Shown here piece after piece: positions 19,718-30,063 of a stretch of 40,475 bases of DNA. The DNA is taken from contig JBGSZS010000003.1 of NCBI GenBank assembly GCA_041750285.1, positions 1 to 40,475 on the forward strand, written 5' to 3'. The notes under the pieces were generated by a model. The model searched no databases. It had not been told where the DNA came from and saw only the letters and a program-made list of their open reading frames with translations. The DNA comes from Candidatus Fermentibacteraceae bacterium (GTDB lineage: Bacteria > Fermentibacterota > Fermentibacteria > Fermentibacterales > JCC-6). The stretch's first letter is position 1, and each line of letters begins with the position of its first letter. Made by a program: the position numbers and the translations under genes.

Positions 19718-21009
19718 GCAGAGTCGCCCTTTTCGGGAACACCCCCGACAGCTTTTCTCCGGGCGCAGGCAACGGCGCCTGCATTGCCCGTACCGAAAGG
19801 TTCAGGGCCACGATGGAGGCTGCCGGTCATGAGGTCATTGTCTGTTCACCCCCGCAGACGGTCCGGCCCGGTGGTTTTGTCTCCGCATTCCTCAGGGAGA
19901 GGGGTCCCTTCGATTGCATCGTGGCGATAAGCCCCTTCCCCGCTGAGGCCATTGCGCAGTCGGGCTGCACGCTGCCCCTCTGGATCGACATGAACGGCAT
20001 GCATCCCGCAGAGATACAGCTTGCCGGCGCCGATGTACACACGAACCGCCTCGAGATGTTCAGGATGCTCGCTCTGGAACGCAGCCTGCTCGCAAGGGGA
20101 GACAGGTTCTCAGCACCTTCGGCGCGGCAGTCCGACTCCATTCTCGGGCAGTTGTTCCTGCTGGGGAGGCTCGATTGCGGGAACAGGGGTTCCAGGGTTG
20201 TGCATCCATTTCCACATTGCGCTGTCACAGCACCGCTTTCGACTGGCCCCGAATCGGATGATCCCGATCCCCCGAGGATCATCAGCACCGGCTCTTTCAA
20301 CAGCTGGTTCGATCACACTACTCTTTTCAGGGCTCTCGAATACGTAATGGAGAGGGACTCAAGGACGGTTTTCACCTGTTCCGGCGGCGCTGTCCCCTTC
20401 TGGCGCAGGGGAGTGGAGGAGTTCGCATCCATGACCTCCTCCAGCCGACACTGCAGCCGTTACGACATTCGGGGCTGGGTTGGGAGGGAAGAACTCGGGG
20501 ATATCTACGATACGGCCACGGCAGCCGTTCTGGCCGACATCCCGTGCAACGAGACCCGTCTTGGAGCCAGAACGAGAGTGATCGACTGGGTGTCCCGGGG
20601 AATCCCCTTTGCATGCACAAGGGGAGCGGAAGTATCCGAGGACATGGATAAGGCCGGCACAGCTATCGTTGTTCCGCAGGAAAACCCCGAAGAGCTCGGT
20701 CGCGCCCTTCTGACACTGATCACCCGGGGAGAAGCCAGATCGGCCATTCGGAAGAACCAGATCCGGTGGTGTTCGGAAGAGGGCGACCCTGTTCGGGTAT
20801 TCCGTCCCCTCAACGACTGGTGCTCATCACCTGAACGGCTTCAGGGGGGTATTCCGCCGGGTTTCGTCCCCAAACCCTTCGGTTCCCTCCGCTACCGGTT
20901 GGCTGCCTTCGCCCTCACATTAAGAGAGAAGGGGTTTGCCGAGGGTCTGCGCAGGATGGCTGCGAAACTGCCTAACTCATCGGTCAGGCAGAAGAGGGAT
21001 TCCCGCTAG
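19714..21009 (+). CDS. Divergent GT-B glycosyltransferase
   Basis: GSFNSWFD, ETRLGARTRVIDW, GIP; ATGA-coupled to the upstream GT4. Confidence 0.65.
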   Translation: MSRVALFGNTPDSFSPGAGNGACIARTERFRATMEAAGHEVIVCSPPQTVRPGGFVSAFLRERGPFDCIVAISPFPAEAIAQSGCTLPLWIDMNGMHPAEIQLAGADVHTNRLEMFRMLALERSLLARGDRFSAPSARQSDSILGQLFLLGRLDCGNRGSRVVHPFPHCAVTAPLSTGPESDDPDPPRIISTGSFNSWFDHTTLFRALEYVMERDSRTVFTCSGGAVPFWRRGVEEFASMTSSSRHCSRYDIRGWVGREELGDIYDTATAAVLADIPCNETRLGARTRVIDWVSRGIPFACTRGAEVSEDMDKAGTAIVVPQENPEELGRALLTLITRGEARSAIRKNQIRWCSEEGDPVRVFRPLNDWCSSPERLQGGIPPGFVPKPFGSLRYRLAAFALTLREKGFAEGLRRMAAKLPNSSVRQKRDSR

Positions 21010-21024
21010 ACAAGGCATGGCTGC

Positions 21025-23562
21025 TCAGGGAAGCCACAGCAGCTTTCCCGAGCACATCCCTCCGCTTGACCGCGCCACAAGGAAGTACATTCCCGAAGGC
21101 ATTCCGGGGGGGATCGCGAGAGAGTACTCGTCAAGGCCCGGTTCGAGCGTAACCGGGTTGCAGACGGTTCTTCCCGCGATATCCACCACGAAAACCGTAA
21201 CGGGGTATTCAACCGGTGTTACTGAAAACACGACAGGGCCGGCCCCTGCGGGTATGGGTGCGATGTACCTGATGGCCAGAGGTTCATAGACCTGATCATC
21301 CCATGATGGGTTGGGCAACCCCGGAGAGCCGGGGTACTCAGCAATGCCCCAGGATTCAGGGTTCATCGGGGGGGCAAGTGGAGCAATCAGTGTAAGCACC
21401 GCCTCAGAGGCTTCCGTCCAGGGATTTTGCGAGCCGTAGGCGATGGCTGTGCATTGAACGCCTGTACGGCTGATGAACCTGACCGTATCACCCTGTGATG
21501 AAAGGTTGAAACCCAGGTCAGTCACCCCACACGGTACCCTCGGGTGTTCCCTTCTGAAAAGGTACGGATCAGAAGCAAGGATCAAAAATCCTCCAGGGGG
21601 TAGTACTGTGCCTGCAGGGAGCATTGTGCAGCCATGGTCCGAGTCGGAAACACCCGTATGGGATATATCCAGCCATTCTGAGCCTGGATTGTGGATTTCC
21701 ATCCAGTCCCCGGAACTCACCGACGATGGTTGAGAGTATGACAGCTCAGTTATCAGGGGGAAACCTGAGTCCGACTGAATGAAGCGCTCCCGTGAAGGGA
21801 CATCGTGGCTTGCCGACGATGTCCATGACGGGTCGAACAACACTGCGGGAAAACCCGCTGACGAAGGCGCGGCACAATCCCCCACAACAAGCCTCCTGCG
21901 GAGCTCCACTGAGAATGCCTGAATGTCGCTCGCGACGAACAGGGTTTCACCGGGAGCCAGTGAAAGGCTGTCCGGGAAGAAAACCCGGTAAGGTGGAACG
22001 CCAAGCATGACATGGCACAGCGATAGATCCATCCGGGAGCCGCTTTCATTCACCAGTGGCAGCGCCCAGAGCGAGGGTCCCAATCGAAGCTGATTCCCGG
22101 GAACGAGCGACTCAAGGATGGGAGCGTGATCCACCCGGACTACTCCGGGAAGTGCCTCACTCCGGTACTCGTTCAGGAAAATCCCGTAGGGGGGGAAGAA
22201 CAAGGTTGGTGCGGGTTCGGGGAGGTTTGCCTGGCGAAAGAAAACAAAGAAACGCATCGTTCTTCCAATGGGCTCACAGGTTGGGATGCATGTGGTCCAG
22301 ACGGTTCCGCCTGAACCGTGTGATGCATGCATTTCCTCCATTTCCGGTACTCCTGTGTCGGGCACCACCCAAAGCCGGCACCATTTCAGTGAATCCGAGC
22401 AGCTCAGGTTGACGATGACATTACCTGCATCCGGCGTTACCCACCCGGGAGAAATGTGCATCGAGATGAACTCTGGAGGGTGATGATGATTGATCAGGTC
22501 TCCAACCGCATCGGCTCTCTCACAGATGAAAAGGCCGAGGGAGTCGCACGCTTCCTCGAAGTCAGCCGGAGTGCCCGCTCTGAGGGGGTCCTGGTAGACA
22601 TCCGACCTTATGGCGGCCCTGAGAGAGTCAAGGATGCCGGGAAGCTCTGACTCCATGATGTCCGCCGCCCGTTCCAGCTCTTCGCCGAAGCAAGTGCGGC
22701 CTGATTCTTCAGAAAGCAACCTTGAGAACAATGAATTCATATGCATGGGCTGGTAAAAAACGGTGTTCACCCGGCTGAAATCAAAGCACCCCTGCCAGTC
22801 GTTGCCGAAGGTGGCGTCGTGATCCCACGGGATGTATCTCCACACCCCGTCTGAACCGAGAACAAGGTAGTAGTTCTTAACGCAGCAGTCCGTGTCGACC
22901 ATGGCAAGGTTGGCCGCCATGTTCCCCATGAAGCAGTCGGAGTCGAACCTGCTTTCGAACTCGCTTCCCCAGCACACATCACCGATCAGCCTGATCAGTT
23001 CGCCGGCAGCGTATTCATCACCGGAGCGGCATTCGAAGCCATCAAGCGGTTGATGTCCAGAGAGAAAGGGTACGATCCTCGCGGGACTCTCCACTGCCTT
23101 GAAGAAAGCGCCCTCAGGAAGGCCATTTCTCACCAGAAAATCCTGATCCACCCTTTCCGTCTCAAGGTAAACACCCATGTTCTCACCGTTTATGGACATC
23201 GTGACGTGTCTGCAGACCGGCGCCGGGTATCCCATTCGCCTTACGAGTTCCATCGCAAGGAGGTTGCGCATCATGCTGAGGTCTCTGTAATGTGCGTCAA
23301 GGTAGAGGTAACTTCGACCGGTCAGGTTGCGGTCAAACAGCTCAAGCTGCCACGATTTTTTGGGAAGCATAAGGGAAGTGCCTCCCCGGAAGCCTGCAAA
23401 GCAGTCGCTCTCACCTGCTGGGCATGATACGTGAGCGGGATACAGGGCTTCGCTGCAGGGGTAAGCGTACAGTGCCTCAAGATCTTCGGGAGCAATTGTC
23501 AACTCGTAGTGCCAGAGGTTCCCGATCAACGCTGCCGCAATGAGGACGACAATTGATGCCAG
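21025..23562 (-). CDS. CotH-family kinase + lamin-tail domain + T9SS-like C-terminal domain
   Basis: RGGTS..PKKSW, NMGVYLETE, KNYYL, PWDHDATFG (CotH); ITELSY, DWMEIHN, FNLSSQGD, SPG.PN (LTD); DIAGR...SGMYF CTD. Start uncertain (CTG 23562 or TTG 23529). Confidence 0.85.
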   Translation of the reverse strand: MASIVVLIAAALIGNLWHYELTIAPEDLEALYAYPCSEALYPAHVSCPAGESDCFAGFRGGTSLMLPKKSWQLELFDRNLTGRSYLYLDAHYRDLSMMRNLLAMELVRRMGYPAPVCRHVTMSINGENMGVYLETERVDQDFLVRNGLPEGAFFKAVESPARIVPFLSGHQPLDGFECRSGDEYAAGELIRLIGDVCWGSEFESRFDSDCFMGNMAANLAMVDTDCCVKNYYLVLGSDGVWRYIPWDHDATFGNDWQGCFDFSRVNTVFYQPMHMNSLFSRLLSEESGRTCFGEELERAADIMESELPGILDSLRAAIRSDVYQDPLRAGTPADFEEACDSLGLFICERADAVGDLINHHHPPEFISMHISPGWVTPDAGNVIVNLSCSDSLKWCRLWVVPDTGVPEMEEMHASHGSGGTVWTTCIPTCEPIGRTMRFFVFFRQANLPEPAPTLFFPPYGIFLNEYRSEALPGVVRVDHAPILESLVPGNQLRLGPSLWALPLVNESGSRMDLSLCHVMLGVPPYRVFFPDSLSLAPGETLFVASDIQAFSVELRRRLVVGDCAAPSSAGFPAVLFDPSWTSSASHDVPSRERFIQSDSGFPLITELSYSQPSSVSSGDWMEIHNPGSEWLDISHTGVSDSDHGCTMLPAGTVLPPGGFLILASDPYLFRREHPRVPCGVTDLGFNLSSQGDTVRFISRTGVQCTAIAYGSQNPWTEASEAVLTLIAPLAPPMNPESWGIAEYPGSPGLPNPSWDDQVYEPLAIRYIAPIPAGAGPVVFSVTPVEYPVTVFVVDIAGRTVCNPVTLEPGLDEYSLAIPPGMPSGMYFLVARSSGGMCSGKLLWLP

Positions 23563-23698
23563 GGCTATCCCCTCCCCGGAAGCGCCGGGTAGTTACCCCG
23601 CGCAGTTAGGCTCTATGAATCCGGAGATCACGAGTAAGTATCATACGCGAACCCCATGCAATGCATCATACATTGAGTGTAATGGCTGGTCAACAACA

Positions 23699-25600
23699 TT
23701 AATCGATAACCACCAGTTTCGTGGTCTGCCTGATGCCTGTGTCCGTCGTGAGCTGAAGCAGGTAGGTCGCCGTGGGCAGCCCGGCAACGGACAGATGCCT
23801 GTCGGATGGTGAAAGGGTTGCGGTTCGCACCACCCTTCCGCTCATGTCGAAGATCATCGCCTCGATTGTCATGTTCCCTGTTCCGGGCCATTGCAGCAGA
23901 ACGTTCGCGCTCGCGGGGTTCGGCGAGACGAAGGCTGTGCTGACACCCCGGGGAGGAAGCTCGAAGTCCTCGATCCCGGTCAGTATGTTGCCGCAGAGGA
24001 TGTGATGGTAGGGATCGAATACCACCCCGACGGGTTCGAACGAAAGCTGCCAGGTTTCGCCCTGCGCCTGCTGGTCGTTCCACATCACCACCACCGTGTC
24101 TTCCGAAGCGCCCTGTACCAGGAACTCCAGAGGCATCTCGAAAATCGTCGTCGTGCTCTGGGTCTGCTCGATGTCGATTGTCAGCTCCCAGCCTGAGCCG
24201 GAAGGCTGGGCGGAATGGCTCACGTCGTAAACGGGGTACCCCCAACCATGGATCCAGGTGTCGAAGAACCAGTCGATGTCAGATCCGGTATGGGCCTCGA
24301 TGTCGTTCCGGAAATCATCGGTCCAGACCAGGCCGAACATGTGGTTCTGGAAGTAATAGTCCAGGGTGCTGTAGAAAACCTCGTCGCCCAGCACGTAGCG
24401 GAGCATGTGGAGGACGGCCCCGGCCTTGTCGTAGGTGGTGGCGCTGAATATCTCGGCCGGGGTCGAGGGCTGTGAGATCGGGAAAAGCTCTCCGCTGTTG
24501 AGGTAGGGCTTCATGATCTGGTTCACCATGTAGTCGTCATAGGCTTCCTGGCCGTAGGTTTCCATCCACAGGGCTTCCCCGAGGGTCGCGAAACCCTCCT
24601 TCAGCCAGATGTGCTGCCATTCAGCCGGTGTGACGCAGCACCCCCACCAGTGGTGAGTCATCTCGTGGGCGATCAGCCAGTCGTAGTTGGTGTTGCCGTT
24701 CACCGCCTGGGCCACGTGGGTCACGTGGGACACGTGCTCCATGTCACCCTTCGGGGTTTCCACCAGACTGAAGCGGCAGTCCCAGGGGTAATCACCGAAG
24801 AGCTCCTCGAGGTTTGCCATCATCTGGTCGACGTTCACGAAGCTCCCAAGGGCATCCTCCACGTCCCACGAATAGACGTAGTAGTAGATCCGTGCGTCTG
24901 TGGAGTCGTGAAGGACCACGTAGTCACCCACGTTGAGGGCCACGAGGTAGGTGGGCATCTGCTGTTCGACGGCCCAGTGATAGGTGGCCTTGCCCCCCGA
25001 GAACTCGACCCCCGTGGAATCACCGTTGGCCACAGCGTAATCGGCTTCGTCGCAGGTTATGTGAAAATCGAAGGAAGCCTTGTCGTTCTGGTGGTCCCAG
25101 CAGGGGAACATGCACTTGCCCATGCACTGCCCAGGGGTGTAGATGCCCACCCCGATGTGATAGGTGAGCACGTTTGCGAACCAGAAGCCGCCCCAGCTCT
25201 CATGGTAGGGAGTTCCGCCGTAGGAGATGAAAACCTCGGTTGTGTCTCCCGGGTCGAGTGTTTCGCCCAGGGTGATGAAGATCGAGTCCGCTTCATGGTA
25301 GAATGGCAGGGGTCCCGTGGCGTCCCAGACCGAATCGGCCTCCAGCTGCCGCAGATCAAGCCTCACCGATTCCACCGGCGAGCTCTTGGCCGCCATCAGA
25401 ATGGTGGTGATACCGGCAATCTCCTGGATGTCCTCGAATACTTCCAGCTCAATGTCGTAGTGAAGGATGTCAACCGGATTCTGGGGATGATCGAACTCCT
25501 GGATGAAAGCGGCTGAAGAGATGGGTCGCGCAAGGGCCGTGAAGTCGAGGTAAACCTCGGGATCGGCTGTGAAAAGGGCCAGAATCACGAACAGTGCCAT
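23699..25600 (-). CDS. Secreted M1-family aminopeptidase with T9SS-like CTD
   Basis: GDMEH, HEMTH-x18-E (WLKEG), YDKAG.VLHMLR; PNP...FDMSGR...TYLL...KLVV. Confidence 0.92.
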   Translation of the reverse strand: MALFVILALFTADPEVYLDFTALARPISSAAFIQEFDHPQNPVDILHYDIELEVFEDIQEIAGITTILMAAKSSPVESVRLDLRQLEADSVWDATGPLPFYHEADSIFITLGETLDPGDTTEVFISYGGTPYHESWGGFWFANVLTYHIGVGIYTPGQCMGKCMFPCWDHQNDKASFDFHITCDEADYAVANGDSTGVEFSGGKATYHWAVEQQMPTYLVALNVGDYVVLHDSTDARIYYYVYSWDVEDALGSFVNVDQMMANLEELFGDYPWDCRFSLVETPKGDMEHVSHVTHVAQAVNGNTNYDWLIAHEMTHHWWGCCVTPAEWQHIWLKEGFATLGEALWMETYGQEAYDDYMVNQIMKPYLNSGELFPISQPSTPAEIFSATTYDKAGAVLHMLRYVLGDEVFYSTLDYYFQNHMFGLVWTDDFRNDIEAHTGSDIDWFFDTWIHGWGYPVYDVSHSAQPSGSGWELTIDIEQTQSTTTIFEMPLEFLVQGASEDTVVVMWNDQQAQGETWQLSFEPVGVVFDPYHHILCGNILTGIEDFELPPRGVSTAFVSPNPASANVLLQWPGTGNMTIEAMIFDMSGRVVRTATLSPSDRHLSVAGLPTATYLLQLTTDTGIRQTTKLVVID

Positions 25601-25769
25601 GGTGCATCCTTTCACTATGGAGGAACACGTCAGGTTTCATCCACCCGAAACACCTTGGAGCGCATGTTGCTGCAGGGATGAATATAGCAGGGATGATGGA
25701 CATGGAATCACCCGGGGGATTCGTTCAGGGAAACTCGACAGGGTGTGATCAGGGCCGGATATCGACCGG

Positions 25770-26963
25770 TCAAGACAGGGTCCGCGCCACGTCCCGCCCG
25801 AACGAAACACAGTTCTCAACGCCCGCTTCATCAGGGTTCCAGAGGCTTTTTATGCCGTCGTTCAGCACCTCGAAGCCGGCCCTTGAAAGCCATTCGGTTA
25901 TTCTGGGAACCCCTTCCCCACTCCAGCCGTGGCAGCCGAAGGCCGCCGCCTTCTTCCCCTTGAAGCGCAGCCCCTCGATCTCCTCGAGAATGCCTGCGGT
26001 TCCGCTTGTGATGCCCTTTCCAATGGTGGGTGAGCCCACCAGGATGGCCTTCGACCTGAAAACCTCGGTGATCACGTCGTTCTTGTCTGACTTGGATATG
26101 TTGTGAAGCTTGATCGTCACGCCGGGGTCCTGCCCGTGAATACCCTCGGCGATGCTTTCCGCCATTGTCCGGGTTCCGTCCCACATTGTGTCGTAGAGGA
26201 TCGTTACCTGGTTCTCGCTGTAGTTGTCGGCCCAGGTCATGTACTTCTCAACGACCTGTACGGGATTGTCCCTCCAGATGACGCCGTGGCTCGTGGCGAT
26301 CATGTCTATGGGCACGCCCAGGGCCAGCACCTCCCTGATCTTCTTCAAGACCAGGGGGCTGAAGGGTGTGAGGATGTTGGCGTAGTACTTGATGCACTCG
26401 CCCATGAGTTCGGCCTGGTCCACAAGATCGTTGAAGAGCAGCTCGGTGGCGTAATGCTGGCCGAATGCGTCGTTGCTGAAAAGGATGTTGTCGCCCGTCA
26501 TGTAGGTGGCCATGCTGTCCGGCCAGTGGAGCATGGGCATTTCCACGAATACCAGAGACTTTCCGTTGCCTATGTCCAGGGTGTCCCCGGTTTTCACCAC
26601 CACAAAGTTCCAGTCCTGATGGTACTGGCCCTTCAGGGACTTCACGGCGTTCGCAGTGCAGTACACGGGCGTGGCCGGGATGTGCTTCATCAGTTCGGGA
26701 AGGGCGCCGCTGTGGTCGACCTCGCCGTGATTGGCTATCACATGGTCAATCCGGGAGAGTTCGATCTCCTTTTTCAGACTCTCGACGTATTCCTTAGCAA
26801 AGGGTTTCCATACCGTATCTACAAGAACGACCTTCTCCTCCCTTATCAGGTAGGAGTTGTATGTAGAGCCCTTGTGTGTCGAGTATTCGTTGCCGTGGAA
26901 CTTCCGGAGCTCCCAGTCGACCTTTCCGACCCAAGTTACATTGCCCTTTACCTGTCGACCCAT
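25770..26963 (-). CDS. fprA: Flavodiiron protein (O2/NO reductase, FprA family)
   Basis: YNSYLI, NHGEVDHSG, LHWPDSM, SNDAFGQH, YYANI, flavodoxin domain YDTMWDGT...GSPT...GWSGE. Confidence 0.95.
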   Translation of the reverse strand: MGRQVKGNVTWVGKVDWELRKFHGNEYSTHKGSTYNSYLIREEKVVLVDTVWKPFAKEYVESLKKEIELSRIDHVIANHGEVDHSGALPELMKHIPATPVYCTANAVKSLKGQYHQDWNFVVVKTGDTLDIGNGKSLVFVEMPMLHWPDSMATYMTGDNILFSNDAFGQHYATELLFNDLVDQAELMGECIKYYANILTPFSPLVLKKIREVLALGVPIDMIATSHGVIWRDNPVQVVEKYMTWADNYSENQVTILYDTMWDGTRTMAESIAEGIHGQDPGVTIKLHNISKSDKNDVITEVFRSKAILVGSPTIGKGITSGTAGILEEIEGLRFKGKKAAAFGCHGWSGEGVPRITEWLSRAGFEVLNDGIKSLWNPDEAGVENCVSFGRDVARTLS

Positions 26964-27237
26964 GGGAGGAACTCCTTCCAATACCGTCCGAATCACCGGA
27001 ACATCGTCCGACTGCAATTCACTGAAACTAGAATGTACTCACCCTGTCGTTGTCAATCACCCGCGAGGCATTTCCGGGCACCAGGAGGTCACAATGCGCT
27101 TGAAGAGCAAATGGTTGCCGGTTTTGCTCCACATCCGCCGCAAAGACACGTAACGGGTTGCCGCGAGTCCATTGACACAAAACGACAAGATGGCTATCAG
27201 ACAATAGCGTGAGAAGAAGCCTCATGGAGGGAACAGG

Positions 27238-27897
27238 ATGGGCATGTTCATCATGTTTATGATCGTACTGCAGGAAACTCAGCCTTCTGCTCTCGCCACT
27301 CCACTTGCCTCTCCGGTTTCAGGCAGCCCGTCCCTTCGCCTTGAATCCGAAGACTGGCTTTGCTCACAGCCCTTCAGTTTTGAAAGCGTTCAGAACGGTC
27401 TTGGTTTCTCACAGAACCATGACTGGATGATGGCCGATGACTTCTACAACCTATACGTATGGGATTTGTTCCGTATCGAGATATGGGCAATCTACGCCGA
27501 ATCCAATCCCCAGAGCATTCTGATTCAGATACGCAGTGACAATTCCGGACCGGGTTCCATCATTGAAAGCGGCATCTCAAACAGCCTGAACCATCAGGAC
27601 ACCGGCTACTCTCAATGGGGCTACCCGTTGTGGTACACAGATATTTCTGTTTCCTACATTGGTGTTCCAATCGGAAAGAACTGGCTCGCGCTGCAGACGA
27701 TCGGTACCGGCAACACCTACTGGCTGGCCGCCGACCAGCAGTGGGCCGACATGTCCTACTTCAGCGACAGCAACGGTGGCATCTGGAGCAGTTCCCAGGC
27801 GGTGTGGGGAACCCCTTACGAGCAGTTCATGATCCTGAACAGGTACACCCCGGCCCTTGAGCGCAACTCGTGGGGCGGAATCAAAGCACTGTTCTGA
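27238..27897 (+). CDS. Secreted hypothetical protein with C-terminal WGxIK motif
   Basis: GGAGG RBS, hydrophobic N-terminus, ADDF motif, C-terminus ALERNSWGGIKALF. Confidence 0.75.
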   Translation: MGMFIMFMIVLQETQPSALATPLASPVSGSPSLRLESEDWLCSQPFSFESVQNGLGFSQNHDWMMADDFYNLYVWDLFRIEIWAIYAESNPQSILIQIRSDNSGPGSIIESGISNSLNHQDTGYSQWGYPLWYTDISVSYIGVPIGKNWLALQTIGTGNTYWLAADQQWADMSYFSDSNGGIWSSSQAVWGTPYEQFMILNRYTPALERNSWGGIKALF

Positions 27898-27934
27898 AGC
27901 CCGTTCCCACAACCCCGAAACATTGAGAGTTCCC

Positions 27935-29449
27935 TCACTCTGAGGGTTTCAGCAGACCCGCCTCAACAAGGTAATCAGCCATGAAACGGCCCACCAGGCT
28001 TCCTGTCAGGGCTGCACCCGCCTCGGTCATGTGCATTGAATCATAGAAATAGATCTCACTGTGCGGGACGTTGGAAGCGAGATCGTACACCGCGACCCCC
28101 TGTTCACGGCATACGTCGAGGAGGTCACTGTTGAGGGTTCCCAGCATCAGGGCAAAAGTGGCAGCGGAGATCGGCCTTTCGGTTCCCTGGAAGAAGGCCG
28201 CGGATTCCCTGAGGGTCCTCCAGTGGCTGTTGTCCTCGTACAGCAATGGTTGCGTGAGAAAAACGGGAGTTATGCCCTGTTCCCTGCATTGCGCTATGAG
28301 ACGGATAATGCGGTCCCTGTAGAAATCCGGATCCGTGAGCAGATCGTGCAGGTCATCGGGTAACGGCATTTCAGCGGTGGTAAGGGGTTCAGGCCGGAAG
28401 GGCGGGTCGGACACGGTGTTGATGACCTGAACCCCATCGATGTATACCTTTTTTATCTTATATATTTGTTGCAATATCATGCTTCTGCTAAACAACCATG
28501 ATCTTGGCCCTGAATCCTCGAGCCTGCCCTCACCGCCGTCTCCGCCACGGAGGAATGGCCCCATGTCGTTCACGCCCACAAGGAACAGCGCAACATCGGG
28601 TTTGATATGGGAAAGAACCTCCTTGACGAAAAGGGCATGGGTATCCGCGGTGTGCCTCGGTATGCCAGCGTTACCGACCCATACCATGGGATTCACGGCC
28701 CGCAGTTCGTTCTGAACGATATTCGACCAGGTCTTTGAATCATCCAGGTAATAGTCTGCCGTTGTGCTTCCCCCCACAGTCACCACTGTCAGATACTCGT
28801 TCCAGTCCGCAGGGGGATCCTCTCCCCTCAATCCCCACCTGTTTGTTGACAGAACCCCTCCGGGATCAATGCCGGGCAGATCGATCTGAAGATCCCACCG
28901 GCAGTAGGGCCGAAGACCGAATCTTGGATTGAATATCTGATCAGGCAGTACCCTTCGAAGGACGAGTTCCCCCGCAGCGAGGGTAAGCAGAAGGGAAGCA
29001 GCAATAACAGCCGTTCCGGCAAAAACATGCCTGAGATCGGAATTGTCCCTGGCCAGAATAAGCAGGCTTCCCGGCACCAGCGCCAGAAGGAACGAACCGG
29101 CAGTGAACGAAAAGCGCAGGAAAAGAAGCGAGAGTGAGAGGAACCACGCGAGGAAGACGACCGACGGAACTGCGAAAAGAAGCACGGGTCCCGCAAATCC
29201 TGGCGTTCTGCCAGCGCCCCTTGCCAGCTTCGCGCTGATCCTTTTCCAACCCGAGGCCGACAGAACGAAGAAGACCAGGATGGCGAGGGTGAGGACGATT
29301 GCAGCAGCGATGGCTTTGGACCAGACTCCCAGTATCACGCCGTCTTCGCTGCGCGAAGTGCCGAGGGAATGAAGAACCATGAGAAGTCCGGCACAGGCCA
29401 TACCCGAGACAACGCGCACCCTTCTCTCAGGGGTGGCCGGCTCCTTCAC
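27935..29449 (-). CDS. Membrane-anchored SGNH/GDSL hydrolase
   Basis: About five N-terminal TM helices; GGSTT, NAG, GVND, DSMH blocks. Confidence 0.82.
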   Translation of the reverse strand: MKEPATPERRVRVVSGMACAGLLMVLHSLGTSRSEDGVILGVWSKAIAAAIVLTLAILVFFVLSASGWKRISAKLARGAGRTPGFAGPVLLFAVPSVVFLAWFLSLSLLFLRFSFTAGSFLLALVPGSLLILARDNSDLRHVFAGTAVIAASLLLTLAAGELVLRRVLPDQIFNPRFGLRPYCRWDLQIDLPGIDPGGVLSTNRWGLRGEDPPADWNEYLTVVTVGGSTTADYYLDDSKTWSNIVQNELRAVNPMVWVGNAGIPRHTADTHALFVKEVLSHIKPDVALFLVGVNDMGPFLRGGDGGEGRLEDSGPRSWLFSRSMILQQIYKIKKVYIDGVQVINTVSDPPFRPEPLTTAEMPLPDDLHDLLTDPDFYRDRIIRLIAQCREQGITPVFLTQPLLYEDNSHWRTLRESAAFFQGTERPISAATFALMLGTLNSDLLDVCREQGVAVYDLASNVPHSEIYFYDSMHMTEAGAALTGSLVGRFMADYLVEAGLLKPSE

Positions 29450-29732
29450 AGTCTTTCACCCGCAATCCATTGAACGGCATCAAGATGAGAGGAGTATACG
29501 GCATCATAACAAGAATGCATTGCTGTGATCATCCACTCACCTGATGCTGGTTGTTCCCTGCAACCCGATGCCAACGCTATCCCCAAATCCCGCTTCTGTC
29601 AACCAGAATCGGTCGGATGCTGAGCCACCTGCAAACGCATTTCCCTATCGGCTTTCAGGCCATTCTCACATGCCGGACTCCATGAGGGACGCTCCGCCGA
29701 GATCCATCATGGTCGACACAGCGCTTTGGCAG

Positions 29733-29752
29733 TTGACACATATGTGTATACA
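29733..29752 (+). promoter_or_regulatory. Putative -35 box and palindromic operator of the TA operon
   Basis: TTGACA (29733-29738) overlapping perfect palindrome ACACATATGTGT (29736-29747) and TGTATACA (29745-29752). Confidence 0.6.
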
Positions 29753-29775
29753 AATGCGTGACGATGGAGGTACAA

Positions 29776-30063
29776 ATGAGATTCATAAGCGTTCGAGACC
29801 TGCGGGGAAACTCCGCTGCCATTTGGCGTGAACTTCCCGATGAGGGTGAGTTTGTAATCACAAGCAACGGACGACCGGTTGCCCTGCTTGCAGCGGTGGA
29901 TGAAAGTGACGTTGAGGAATCCCTTGCAGCCTTCAGACGGGCAAGGGCGGAACGGGCGATAGCCGATCTTCAGAGGGCTTCGATTGCCCAGGGTACGGAT
30001 ACGCTCTCCATGGAAGCCATTGAGCAGGAAATCAGGGAATCAAGAAAAGCACGCCCCCGATGA
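29776..30063 (+). CDS. Phd/YefM-family antitoxin
   Basis: MRFISVRDLR...VITSNGRPVALL; GGAGG RBS; overlaps the PIN gene. Confidence 0.88.
   Translation: MRFISVRDLRGNSAAIWRELPDEGEFVITSNGRPVALLAAVDESDVEESLAAFRRARAERAIADLQRASIAQGTDTLSMEAIEQEIRESRKARPR

Noticed and set aside
24611..27212. Long antisense ORFs (24611-25516, 26103-27212; similarly 15254-16195 and 34865-35878)
   Set aside because: Shadows of well-supported genes in GC-rich DNA; no motifs
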